Assembly: GCA_903825245.1 (NCBI GenBank)
Contig: CAIJZX010000014.1
Location: 1,655 to 65,654 of the forward strand
Length of the DNA: 64,000 nt
Reading direction: 5' to 3'
Origin: Candidatus Kerfeldbacteria bacterium
GTDB lineage: Bacteria; Patescibacteriota; Patescibacteriia; SBBC01; CAIJZX01
Below are positions 9,075-18,326 of the stretch, piece after piece. The notes beneath the pieces were generated by a model, which saw only the letters and a list, made by a program, of their open reading frames with translations, was not told the origin of the DNA and did not search any database. The translations under genes and the position numbers were made by a program. Within the stretch, counting starts at the first letter, position 1. Every line of letters starts with the position of its first letter.

Positions 9075-9677
9075 ATGCTCGGTAAGAATTTCAACACATC
9101 GGATATAACATCCCTCGTTTTTGATTTCGGCGGTGTGCTATTCCCCACTGAACCCTACAGCGGCGGTGAAACATCGCCCGACGATCGGAAGAAAATAACC
9201 GGCGCCGTCAAATCAATCTATAAAGATTTCGGCGCGGATATTAGCCGCAGCGCCTTTTCCGTTCCTCAATTTCGACAAGAATTTACGAATCGCGTGGCTG
9301 GACTATCGCCAACTCGAATCAATATCGTCCTGCAAAGTATTTGCGAACCTGATATTGATGTCATAGAATTTCTACAAACAGCGCACGCCAAATACTCACT
9401 CTATGGCCTCGTCAACGCGCCACTCGGCTGGACAGAAATACGGCGAGGATTGCACCATCTCGATGAGTTTTTTCAGCGCATTGTCGTCTCGCACGAAATC
9501 AATGTGAGAAAACCCGATCCAAAAATATTCGAGTATTTCGTGGAGTCAACAAAGTGCGCGCCATCAACAACAGTATTTATCGACGATAAAGAGCAAAATT
9601 GTGTCGTTGCACGACAGTTGGGTTTTCAAATCCTTCACTTCACAAAACCTGACAATCTTTTCGGGTTGCTAAAATAG
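9075..9677 (+). CDS. HAD-superfamily hydrolase (subfamily IA-like)
   Basis: Motif I VFDFGGVLF, a cap region, and motif IV VFIDDKEQN near the C-terminus. The ATG at 9075 is preferred over the longest start at 9000, which would begin inside the tRNA-adjacent hairpin. Confidence 0.65.
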   Translation: MLGKNFNTSDITSLVFDFGGVLFPTEPYSGGETSPDDRKKITGAVKSIYKDFGADISRSAFSVPQFRQEFTNRVAGLSPTRINIVLQSICEPDIDVIEFLQTAHAKYSLYGLVNAPLGWTEIRRGLHHLDEFFQRIVVSHEINVRKPDPKIFEYFVESTKCAPSTTVFIDDKEQNCVVARQLGFQILHFTKPDNLFGLLK

Positions 9678-9685
9678 CGTTTCTT

Positions 9686-9724
9686 TAGGAAAAATAAAAA
9701 CCGGAGTCGCTTAGGCTCCGGGGG
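9686..9724 (-). terminator. Rho-independent terminator for the 9743..10012 gene
   Basis: On the - strand, the hairpin CCGGAGCCTAAGCGACTCCGG is followed by TTTTTATTTTT and sits immediately after the stop codon. Confidence 0.55.
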
Positions 9725-9742
9725 TTGAAACGTGGTTGACGA

Positions 9743-10012
9743 TTATGCCGCTCTGACTTTTGCCGAAGCAGCTGCCTCTGCTCGCTCACGCACCCGTTGA
9801 CGGTGACCTTTGGCACCCTCATTCCTGGGATCACAGTAGAATTCCAGGGCTTCTTTCTGATCCGGTGAATGGCCGAGTACAAGCCCGGCAAAATACCGAT
9901 TGTCGTCGCCAAGCGCCTCTACAACTTGTTCGAGCAAATCGACCATCTGCTTGAGCTGCCTGTTCTCGCGCTGGAGAGCCTCCACATCAACCAATGGTTG
10001 AGCGGATTCCAC
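9743..10012 (-). CDS. Hypothetical small coiled-coil protein (89 aa, GTG start) in a GC-rich patch
   Basis: GTG start preceded by AAGGAGG at a 5-nt spacing. N-terminal heptad-like VEALQRENRQLKQMVDLLEQVVEAL. Local GC is about 58 %. The gene has its own promoter and terminator. Confidence 0.55.
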   Translation of the reverse strand: MESAQPLVDVEALQRENRQLKQMVDLLEQVVEALGDDNRYFAGLVLGHSPDQKEALEFYCDPRNEGAKGHRQRVRERAEAAASAKVRAA

Positions 10013-10056
10013 GGTGGCCTCCTTTTTTAAGGCTCAGGGGAAACACAACCTTTTAT

Positions 10057-10084
10057 ACTCTACTCGTCTCTCAAAAAAGGTCAA
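10057..10084 (-). promoter_or_regulatory. Candidate sigma-70-type promoter for the 9743..10012 gene (TTGACC-N16-TAGAGT on the - strand)
   Basis: Hexamers read on the reverse strand. The TAGAGT -10 matches the one in the rpsF promoter. The leader of ~45 nt carries the SD. Confidence 0.4.
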
Positions 10085-10370
10085 GTATTCCCATGTTACA
10101 GGCTCATGGCTTGACTAAAAGTCCCATTCATGATAGCCTGTCTGCGCTATCAAAACGTCGTGCTCAGCGATTAGCCAAGCGGTTAATCATTGCGCGTGAC
10201 TCCTCGAGTCGGCTCCGGCTGATCGACGAATCCGCATCCGAATCATCCGTTCTAGATTTCTAGAAATCTGATGATCGTTATCACTCATTACGGTTTTCCG
10301 CACGACCAGCAATAGTCGCTCTAGGCGAACCAGAACAACATCGCATCACCTTCGTGATGCACAAACAGCT

Positions 10371-12137
10371 ATGGCTAAACGACCAAAGGCGCGCATGCGC
10401 CGGCCTGACGGACCAAATTATACCCGTCGGCCACAACCGAAACCGAAAGACGGCGAACGCGCTCCCAGCGAGAACGGCAACGTCTTGAAAATTATTCCGC
10501 TCGGCGGCAACGAAGAAACCGGCGGACGAAACTGTTCCGTTATTCAATACGGACGAGAACTCCTGATCGTCGATATGGGCCTCCAATGGCCGGAAGACGA
10601 CATGCCCGGCGTCGATTACATCATTCCTGATGTCAGTTTTTTGCGCGGCAAAGAAAAAGATATCCGCGGCGTGATTATCACCCACGGCCACTACGACCAC
10701 ACCGGCGGCGTCCCGCACATTATTCCGACCCTCGGCAATCCGCCAATCTACGCTTCGGACCTAACCTGCGCGATGCTCCAGAAAAAAATGGAAGACATCG
10801 CGCCGGAAAAGAAATTACGATTGAATAAAGTAAAATCACGCGACCGCATTAAGCTTGGTGCTTTCCGCGTGGAATTCTTTGCGCTCTCGCACAACATTCC
10901 AGGTTCGCTCGGCATCGCCGTCGAAACACCGGCTGGCCGCGTCGTCCACACCGGCGACTTCAAACTCGACTTGCACGCCCACGTCTCGAATCGCACCGAC
11001 ATCGAAACGATCAAACAGATCGGCGACAAAGGCGTCATGTGTTTGATGTGCGACTCGACGAATTCCTACGCGCCAGGACATCAAGTATCCGAAGAAGAAG
11101 TCGAGAAAAACGTTGAACTCATGTTCAGCCAAACAAAAGGCCGCATGATTGTCGCTACCTTTGCTTCGTTACTGTCTCGCGTCCAACAAATTCTCGTGGC
11201 CGCTGAACGACACAATCGCAAAGTCTTGGTTGAAGGCTTCTCCATGAAGACCAACATCGAGATCGGAAAACAACTTGGCTACATTCGTTGTAAACCGAAT
11301 ACTATCATCACCTGGGAAGAAGCACAGAAGATGCCGCCGCACGGGTACCTGATTCTCTGCACCGGCGCACAAGGCGAAGACAACGCCGCCTTGATGCGCA
11401 TCGCCAATCGCGAACATAAATATTTACACATTGAACGTGGCGACCTCGTCGTCTTCTCATCGTCCGTTATTCCGGGCAATGATCGCGCAGTATCACGCCT
11501 CAAGGATGGTCTATTACGCGAAGGCGCCTCGATTATCGACTCGAAAATGCTCGATATTCACGCCGGCGGACATGCGAAGCAGGAAGACATCGCCGATTTG
11601 ATTAAACTCCTGCGACCGAAGTACTTCATGCCAATCGAAGGCAATTATGGCTCGCTCCTCGAGAACAAGCAAATCGCTATCCGCGCCGGCGTACCGGAAA
11701 ATAATAATCTCATCGCCGACAACGGCCAAGTTGTTGAATTCCATTCCGGACAAGGATATGTCACGAGCGTTCGCCATCCGATCGAGTACGTCTTCGTCGA
11801 CGGCCTCGGTATCGGTGACGTTAACGCGCTCGTCTTGCGCGACCGAAAACAACTCGCTGGCGACGGCATGATTGTGGTTATCGCCCAAATTAATACTCGC
11901 GGCGGTAAACCGGGAAAAATCGATGTCATCTCTCGCGGCCTGACGCACATGAAAGAGCAAGGACGATTCATTAGCGGCATGATTGCCGTCGTAAAAAAGT
12001 CCGTGGCCGATAAAGAACCGCGCATGAAACCACAAGAAAAAGATTTGCGCGATAAAATCCGCCGCGACTTGGAAAAGTTTGTCTTCCAGCGCACCCATCG
12101 CCAACCGATGATCGTACCGGTCATCATTGAGGCATAA
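10371..12137 (+). CDS. rnj: Ribonuclease J (metallo-beta-lactamase / beta-CASP)
   Basis: Motif ITHGHYDHTGG, the beta-CASP region and C-terminal domain typical of RNase J, 588 aa. No SD is present. Confidence 0.9.
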   Translation: MAKRPKARMRRPDGPNYTRRPQPKPKDGERAPSENGNVLKIIPLGGNEETGGRNCSVIQYGRELLIVDMGLQWPEDDMPGVDYIIPDVSFLRGKEKDIRGVIITHGHYDHTGGVPHIIPTLGNPPIYASDLTCAMLQKKMEDIAPEKKLRLNKVKSRDRIKLGAFRVEFFALSHNIPGSLGIAVETPAGRVVHTGDFKLDLHAHVSNRTDIETIKQIGDKGVMCLMCDSTNSYAPGHQVSEEEVEKNVELMFSQTKGRMIVATFASLLSRVQQILVAAERHNRKVLVEGFSMKTNIEIGKQLGYIRCKPNTIITWEEAQKMPPHGYLILCTGAQGEDNAALMRIANREHKYLHIERGDLVVFSSSVIPGNDRAVSRLKDGLLREGASIIDSKMLDIHAGGHAKQEDIADLIKLLRPKYFMPIEGNYGSLLENKQIAIRAGVPENNNLIADNGQVVEFHSGQGYVTSVRHPIEYVFVDGLGIGDVNALVLRDRKQLAGDGMIVVIAQINTRGGKPGKIDVISRGLTHMKEQGRFISGMIAVVKKSVADKEPRMKPQEKDLRDKIRRDLEKFVFQRTHRQPMIVPVIIEA

Positions 12138-12183
12138 TGCCGCCAGACTTGATATTTCCCCTATAAACTGATACCTTCAGCCC

Positions 12184-13230
12184 ATGTCACGCATCCTCTC
12201 CGGCATCCGCCCCACCGGCACCCTCCACCTCGGCAATTACCTGGGCGCGATTCAGCAATGGATTGAGCTCCAAACAAAGCACGATGTGTTCTACATGGTG
12301 GCCGATTTACACGCCATTACCACGCCGTACAAACCGGAGGAACTGCAAAACAATATCCGCAACACGGTTTTAGATTACCTGGCGGCGGGACTCGATCCGG
12401 AAAAAGCCACGATCTTTGTTCAGTCGCACGTTCCCGAGCACAGCGAACTCATGTGGTTACTTGGCACGATCACTCCGGTTGGCGAGCTCCAGCGCATGGT
12501 GCAATTCAAAGAGAAGAGTGAACAACACAAGGACTTCAATCAAGCCGGCATTTTGAATTACCCGATTCTGATGGCCGCTGACATCTTGCTCTACAAAGCA
12601 ATGTCGGTGCCGGTTGGTGACGATCAAAACCAGCACGTTGAACTCGCTCGCGACCTAGCCAAGAAATTCAACCGCGAGTATGGCCAAACCTTCCCCGAGC
12701 CGAAAGCAATCCTCACCTCCGGCAAGCGCATTATGGATCTCGCTGATCCGGAACAGAAGATGAGCAAGTCGCTCGGCGGCGGTATTGGTCTCAACGACTC
12801 GCCGGAAGAGATTGCTAAGAAACTAAAGAAAGCGGTGACTAGCTCGGAACCGAAGGTCATTCGCGACGCGATGCATGCGGCGCAAAACAGCCATCGTGCG
12901 ACGATTGATGCTTGGACCGGCGACCCGAATTTATTGAAGCAATTCCACGGCGTCCGTAATTTATTTACCATTCTCTTTGCGGTGGCCGATAGGGATACGG
13001 CGGTCAAATGGCAAACCGCGGCGGAAGACGGCACGCTGAAATTCTCGGAATTCAAACCAGCCCTAGCGAAGGCCATCGCCGATCACTTCGCGCTGTTCCG
13101 CGAACGCCGCGAAGTTTTGGCTAGCGATACTGCCCACCTCGATGAAATTATCGCCGACGGCGCAGTCAAAGCCTCGATTGCCGCCAAACAAACACTCACC
13201 GAAGTTCAACAGAAAATGGGCTTGCGGTAA
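12184..13230 (+). CDS. trpS: Tryptophan--tRNA ligase
   Basis: An N-terminal HIGH-like motif in GIRPTGTLHLGNYLGA and the KMSKS motif, which together define class I TrpRS. Confidence 0.92.
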   Translation: MSRILSGIRPTGTLHLGNYLGAIQQWIELQTKHDVFYMVADLHAITTPYKPEELQNNIRNTVLDYLAAGLDPEKATIFVQSHVPEHSELMWLLGTITPVGELQRMVQFKEKSEQHKDFNQAGILNYPILMAADILLYKAMSVPVGDDQNQHVELARDLAKKFNREYGQTFPEPKAILTSGKRIMDLADPEQKMSKSLGGGIGLNDSPEEIAKKLKKAVTSSEPKVIRDAMHAAQNSHRATIDAWTGDPNLLKQFHGVRNLFTILFAVADRDTAVKWQTAAEDGTLKFSEFKPALAKAIADHFALFRERREVLASDTAHLDEIIADGAVKASIAAKQTLTEVQQKMGLR

Positions 13231-14003
13231 TGGCTGCTGGGACACTACCATCAAATACCCGACGTACACGCTCGATTGTTTTGTTTATTGTTGGCATCTG
13301 CCTCTTCTACGCCGGAACGCTGGCTTACAACCTGTTTCACATTAGTGATGTTTTTGCCTTTGGGAAAAACACCTCCCTTACAACCCAGTCATATAAGCCG
13401 ATTGCCCTAACTTTCGATGATGGCCCGAATGGCCAAGCTACAAGAACTATTGTCGACATCCTCGTCAAGGAACATGTTCCGGCAGCCTTTTTTATGGTCG
13501 GTAAGAATGTCGCCGCTGATCCGGCAACAGTCCAATACGTGGCCAATCATGGGTTCACCATTGGTAACCACACCTGGGATCATTCGTGGCAAGTACCAAC
13601 CATGACTCACAAACAGGTGACCGAGGAATTACAAAAAACAAGTTCGGCTATTCAGGAGACAACCGGTACAGCACCAGTGTATATGCGCTGGCCGCACGGT
13701 ATGCACAATGCTACGGACGACGTAGTAGCAACAGCATTGCAACTCCAACCCGTAGATTGGCAAATTGATCCACAAGATTACGCCACCAACAACGCTGATT
13801 TGCTCGCCGAACGAGTCGTCAGCCAAATACACGGTGGTGACACTATTTTGTTTCATGACGGATTGCAGGACGGACAATTTTCCCAGCTTCTGCAACGACG
13901 TCAAGCGACTATTTCCGCATTGCCAATAATCATCGCCGCTGTACGTGCTCAAGGATACACATTTGTATCAATAGAACAGCTAGCAGCGTTTCATCATCAA
14001 TAA
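13230..14003 (+). CDS. Polysaccharide deacetylase (NodB-homology domain), membrane-anchored
   Basis: N-terminal TM segment, then IALTFDDGPNGQATRTIVDILVKEHVPAAFFMVGKNV...NHTWDHS, which carries the NodB motifs TFDDG and H-x-x-x-H-type metal ligands. Confidence 0.8.
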   Translation: MAAGTLPSNTRRTRSIVLFIVGICLFYAGTLAYNLFHISDVFAFGKNTSLTTQSYKPIALTFDDGPNGQATRTIVDILVKEHVPAAFFMVGKNVAADPATVQYVANHGFTIGNHTWDHSWQVPTMTHKQVTEELQKTSSAIQETTGTAPVYMRWPHGMHNATDDVVATALQLQPVDWQIDPQDYATNNADLLAERVVSQIHGGDTILFHDGLQDGQFSQLLQRRQATISALPIIIAAVRAQGYTFVSIEQLAAFHHQ

Positions 14004-14012
14004 GACTCATAC

Positions 14013-14852
14013 ATGGACAGCGAAACGGTTCGGGAATATTCCTCCTCAACCCTCGGTGACAAACAAGTAACCGTCCGTTATTGGACATACGGAAATCCGC
14101 AAGCACCGGCTATGGTTTTGCTCCACGGATTTCGTGGTAACCACCGCGGGTTAATTCTGCTCGCTCAACTTCTCCCCCAATATCACGTCATCATTCCCGA
14201 TTTACCGGGCTGGGGCAAATCCGACCCGCTGACTGTACGTCACGATTTTTCCAATTATAGTATCTGGCTACAAGAATTTATTTCCACCGTTGCCGGCGAC
14301 AACGTTGTACTTGCCGGCCATTCGTATGGCGCGGTTATGGCTATGCTCTACGCCACAAAACATAACGACGATCTTCAACAGCTCGTGCTGATTGAACCGG
14401 TACTTGGCGACCGGACAATATCAAATCGGCTCGGCCAGCTGTATTACCAAATTGCTGATCGCCTACCACGGCCGGTACAAAATTTTTGGATCAAGAATTC
14501 GGCGTTAAACCGCCTCACCACCGAAATCATGACCGTCACGAAAAATCGCGACATCAAACGCCGGATCGTCACCGATGAACAAGCAAACGTTCCACAGATT
14601 CGTGTCGCCGTTGAACTCGAAGCATTTCATTCTTTTTACGAAACAACGTTGGACGATGTGGCTCAGGCTATTCATATGCCGACACTCGTGATTGCTGGTG
14701 ACCGCGACCAAATGACACCGCTCAGTGCTACACGAAGATTCACCGAAAAACTTCCGCACGGCCGTCTTATTGTCCTTCCAGGCGCCGGGCATTTTGCGCC
14801 TATGGAAATACCGTCGGCTATCGCCCGCGCTATTGAGACGTCGTCAACCTAG
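14013..14852 (+). CDS. Alpha/beta-fold hydrolase
   Basis: Nucleophile elbow GHSYG, an upstream HGFRGN oxyanion-hole region, and Asp/His positions consistent with a catalytic triad near the C-terminus. Confidence 0.75.
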   Translation: MDSETVREYSSSTLGDKQVTVRYWTYGNPQAPAMVLLHGFRGNHRGLILLAQLLPQYHVIIPDLPGWGKSDPLTVRHDFSNYSIWLQEFISTVAGDNVVLAGHSYGAVMAMLYATKHNDDLQQLVLIEPVLGDRTISNRLGQLYYQIADRLPRPVQNFWIKNSALNRLTTEIMTVTKNRDIKRRIVTDEQANVPQIRVAVELEAFHSFYETTLDDVAQAIHMPTLVIAGDRDQMTPLSATRRFTEKLPHGRLIVLPGAGHFAPMEIPSAIARAIETSST

Positions 14853-14854
14853 GG

Positions 14855-14883
14855 TTGACGTTTCCAAAGTAAAGTGGTAGCAT
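14855..14883 (+). promoter_or_regulatory. Candidate promoter TTGACG-N17-TAGCAT with an extended -10 TG
   Basis: Hexamers at 14855-14860 and 14878-14883. The longest-ORF start (GTG at 14874) lies inside this promoter, which argues for the downstream ATG at 14916 as the real start. Confidence 0.45.
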
Positions 14884-14915
14884 CGGGCGCATACACGCCT
14901 ACTTCGCGTGACTCT

Positions 14916-16403
14916 ATGGTTCAAAAAATCACCGTTATCATCCCCGCTTTCAACGAGGAGGAGCTCCTGCCGCGTTGCTTAGCTGCGCTCGTGCCGCAAG
15001 CCGCTGCGCACAACGCAACAGTGCTTGTCGTGGACAACAATTCTACCGATCGAACGGCCGAGATTGCTAAAGCGGCCGGTGTTCGTGTCATCCATGAACC
15101 AAAACAAGGCGTCGTGTTTGCCTTGCAGCGCGGTTTTCAAGAAGCTACCACCGAGCTGGTGGCATTTTCTGATGCTGACACCATTATTGGACCCCACTGG
15201 TTAGCAACGATAGAAAAAACATTAGTCACGCCTGGCACCGTTGCCGTCACTGGTCCAGTACGCTTTGAAAGAATGCGATTCCTATCGTCGATCCGCTGGT
15301 TCTATCGTCATCAACTCCTTGGTAGTAATATGGCTCTCCGACGCGCCGACGGCGTTGCCGTTGGTGGTTTTAATATCAATTATAATCTCGCCAGCGACAT
15401 TGCTTTCGGCTGGGCGCTGAAAGAACGCGGACGCGTCGCCTACGCCAAAGACATGTCCGTCACCACCAGCAGTCGCCGCTTTCAAGCGCAGCCATTTCAA
15501 CAAGCATCGAGGTTTGTACTCAACCATATTTGGATGCTGTTGTTCCATGAACCGCTCTTTTGGCATTTTTCGAACATCCGTCGATCAGCCATAGAGCTCA
15601 ATCGCCAAGCCACGGTACGCTTCTGGTTGTGGACCATCGCCTTTGTCCTTATTGTCATTGGGTACTTAAGTTGGTGGCCGTCGTCATCGGCACTCGGCAC
15701 TATCACCGTTCGTGGCAACACCAAGAATCATGAAATCGCTCTCACGTTTGACGATGGGCCGAATGGTGAAGCTACACGCACAATTGTTGACACGCTCACA
15801 CAGAAACATGTCCCGGCGACGTTTTTTGTCATCGGCCAAAACGTCAAAGCCGATCCAGCCACTACCAAATACATCGCCGACCATGGGTTTGTGATTGGCA
15901 ATCATTCCTGGGACACGTCGTACGATCTGGCTTACGATACGCCGAACGCCATCGCCAGCTTTATTACCCAAACCAGCGACGCAATCACTTCCGCTACTGG
16001 TCAAACGGTAACATATTTCCGGCCGCCGCACGGCATACGTAGTCCACAACTTGTCTACGAAGCAAAAAAACAAAGTTTGCGCATTGTTGATTGGACGGTT
16101 GATGGTCACGACGCTATCAGTATCAGTTCTTCAACAATAATTAACCGTGTTGTTTCGCACGCCCGCTCCGGAAGTATTCTGATGCTTCGTGACGGAACGC
16201 CAGGTGCAACGACCACTGCGGATGTGAAAAGTCGTCAAGCCACAATTCAGGCCCTACCAACAATCATCGACCAGCTTCGCCAACGCGGGTATACTTTTGT
16301 CCCCCTCTCCGTATTACTACAAAAAACAGCACCAATCGACAAAGATGTTACTCTTTCGTTACTGCGGCGCTGGTTTTGGTCCAGGATTATGTCAAAAAGG
16401 TAA
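14916..16403 (+). CDS. Fusion protein: family-2 glycosyltransferase (N-terminal half) plus polysaccharide deacetylase (C-terminal half), with a central TM segment
   Basis: The N-terminal half carries GT2 motifs (TVIIPAFNEE, VVDNNSTDRT, DADT). After a TM helix (WLWTIAFVLIVIGYLSWW), the C-terminal half reads IALTFDDGPNGEATRTIVDTLTQKHVPATFFVIGQNV...NHSWD, a close paralogue of the protein at 13230..14003. Confidence 0.8.
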   Translation: MVQKITVIIPAFNEEELLPRCLAALVPQAAAHNATVLVVDNNSTDRTAEIAKAAGVRVIHEPKQGVVFALQRGFQEATTELVAFSDADTIIGPHWLATIEKTLVTPGTVAVTGPVRFERMRFLSSIRWFYRHQLLGSNMALRRADGVAVGGFNINYNLASDIAFGWALKERGRVAYAKDMSVTTSSRRFQAQPFQQASRFVLNHIWMLLFHEPLFWHFSNIRRSAIELNRQATVRFWLWTIAFVLIVIGYLSWWPSSSALGTITVRGNTKNHEIALTFDDGPNGEATRTIVDTLTQKHVPATFFVIGQNVKADPATTKYIADHGFVIGNHSWDTSYDLAYDTPNAIASFITQTSDAITSATGQTVTYFRPPHGIRSPQLVYEAKKQSLRIVDWTVDGHDAISISSSTIINRVVSHARSGSILMLRDGTPGATTTADVKSRQATIQALPTIIDQLRQRGYTFVPLSVLLQKTAPIDKDVTLSLLRRWFWSRIMSKR

Positions 16404-16419
16404 TACTCTGCATTCAATA

Positions 16420-16460
16420 ATCAACCCGGCCTAATATCGGTCGGGTTGATTCTTTTTCTT
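16420..16460 (+). terminator. Hairpin ATCAACCCG...CGGGTTGAT followed by TCTTTTTCTT, between two convergent genes
   Basis: A 9-bp stem with a 13-nt loop and a T-rich tail on the + strand. It likely terminates the GT2-deacetylase transcript. Confidence 0.45.
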
Positions 16461-16464
16461 GTAG

Positions 16465-18297
16465 TTATTTCAGCGTGATGCTTGCCTTTGTCCACGACAA
16501 ACGGCTCAGCGCATACGTTACATCTCGGTACCAACCTTTTTTACTGCCACCATAACGCCAAACGTACGGCGTCTTCGTGGTATTCTTTATTTTTGTCGCC
16601 AATCCGTATTCGTTGGTATACATTTTGAGGAAGGACATCACCAGCACGCCCTTGCCACCGGCTGCCGTAAAGGTACTGAGTTTTTTCACGGCACCCTTGG
16701 CGGCAATATTATAGACCGTTACTTTCATTGCCGATGCTGTTGTAGGTGCAAACGCCACATAAATTGAGGCCGTCACCGGATTTGCCGCCATCGCGACTTG
16801 CACACCAGTGATACTCACATCTTTCAGCGCTGTCCGCGAAAGGAGTTTACCGTTAACATTATAAACGATCATCTCCGGTTTCTTGGTGGCCGTGCTGATA
16901 AAGACATAGTACGGCGCAGTCACCGCGTCAATGATCGCTTTCTTGGCAATCACCGCCCCGCGATACCCAGGAAACGGATTGAGTACGACGTTCTTTTTAT
17001 TGACCTTGATCGTATACGTGTTGTTCTTGAGTGCGATCGAGGCCAGTGTCGGCGCCACATACACGGTACGTGTTGCCATAGTTTCATTCCCAGCGCGATC
17101 GGTGACCACGTAGGTGAGAACATACTTGCCAACCTTTGCCGTATCCACACTTCCGGATACTTGCATACCGGTTCCACCAACATTATCGGTAATCGTTAAA
17201 CCAGGATCAACAAATGGTTTACCGGGTTGAATGATCTCCGTCGAACCGCCAACCGGAGCAACAACAGGCGGAACTGAATCCGGTTTCGAAACATCAACCA
17301 ATTGCAAACCACCTGTGTCGGCGGCTACATACGCGACATCATTAGCAATAGAAACGTTATGAACTATGCCGGTGCCCGTATACGTTTCAACATAGACTGG
17401 TGATCCGGTCGAAGCAATATCGTAAATTGCTATGCCGCCACCATTTTGGCCTAGAAAAACATAGCCATTAGAAATCGCCACACCCATTCCATAATTCGTG
17501 TAAGGAAATATCGATCGACTCTCAAACGAGACCGCCGGGCTCGCGGGGTTTGAGACATTTATTGCATGTAGACCCGATCCTATATCATTGATGTAAGCGA
17601 CTGAGCCAAAAACTTGAATACTGCTGTAATACGCATACGATATTGGATCTGTGTACGTACTAACAACTGCTAAATTCGGATAGGCGCTGATAATATCGAG
17701 TGTTCGTCCACCAACAACATATACATAGTTTGAAGAAAAAACCACATCTTTTGTGCCGTGCACAGTAATGGAAGATTTTAATACCGGCAAAGCAGTATTT
17801 GATACATCAATAACCTCAAGCACCGGCTGCCCGCTCAACGTCCCGAGAACATAGGCATACGAACCATTGCTGATAACATCTTGTACCTCTAGACCAGATT
17901 GCGAATATGAGCCAAGAAGTGATGGGTTCGTACGATCTGCTAAACTAAAAAGTTCAACCACTGATTTATCGGCTACAAAAAGTATGCCATTATTAATATC
18001 TACTCGTGTTGGCGTATCTGGAAGATTTACTGACCGTATGATACTTGGAGCGGCAGGATTAGCCACGTTGACCACCGCAATGCCGTCATGTGCATTTGCT
18101 ACATATGCATAGTTGTCAGCCACAATAACATCGTATGCATACCCCGGAATATCAATCGTGGATATCGTTTTATTTGTATCGGCATGCGTTGCTAACGGCA
18201 ACACAAAGAACACCGCGGAGGCGAACGTAAAGAGGGGCGATCGGATGCGCATAGGATTGTTCGTTGAGTATGTATTTAACTGCTTGTAGTTTAGCAC
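16465..18297 (-). CDS. Secreted LVIVD-repeat beta-propeller protein with an Ig-like (DUF5011-type) domain
   Basis: Signal peptide (MRIRSPLFTFASAVFFVLPLATHA). Repeated units of the form YAYVAN..GIAVVNVANPAAP / LEVIDVSNTALP, an Ig-like stretch (PGKPFVDPGLTITDNVGG...VGKYVLTYVVTDRAGN) and a C-terminal beta-rich region. The start could be either 18297 or 18252. Confidence 0.7.
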   Translation of the reverse strand: MLNYKQLNTYSTNNPMRIRSPLFTFASAVFFVLPLATHADTNKTISTIDIPGYAYDVIVADNYAYVANAHDGIAVVNVANPAAPSIIRSVNLPDTPTRVDINNGILFVADKSVVELFSLADRTNPSLLGSYSQSGLEVQDVISNGSYAYVLGTLSGQPVLEVIDVSNTALPVLKSSITVHGTKDVVFSSNYVYVVGGRTLDIISAYPNLAVVSTYTDPISYAYYSSIQVFGSVAYINDIGSGLHAINVSNPASPAVSFESRSIFPYTNYGMGVAISNGYVFLGQNGGGIAIYDIASTGSPVYVETYTGTGIVHNVSIANDVAYVAADTGGLQLVDVSKPDSVPPVVAPVGGSTEIIQPGKPFVDPGLTITDNVGGTGMQVSGSVDTAKVGKYVLTYVVTDRAGNETMATRTVYVAPTLASIALKNNTYTIKVNKKNVVLNPFPGYRGAVIAKKAIIDAVTAPYYVFISTATKKPEMIVYNVNGKLLSRTALKDVSITGVQVAMAANPVTASIYVAFAPTTASAMKVTVYNIAAKGAVKKLSTFTAAGGKGVLVMSFLKMYTNEYGLATKIKNTTKTPYVWRYGGSKKGWYRDVTYALSRLSWTKASITLK

Positions 18298-18326
18298 AAA
18301 AAGATGTTATCGTCAATCACACACTG

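Noticed and set aside
10250-10270. TTCTAGATTTCTAGAA near-palindrome upstream of rnj
   Set aside because: It consists of two XbaI-type hexamers 3 nt apart, it is short, and it is not repeated elsewhere in the window, so it is probably fortuitous.
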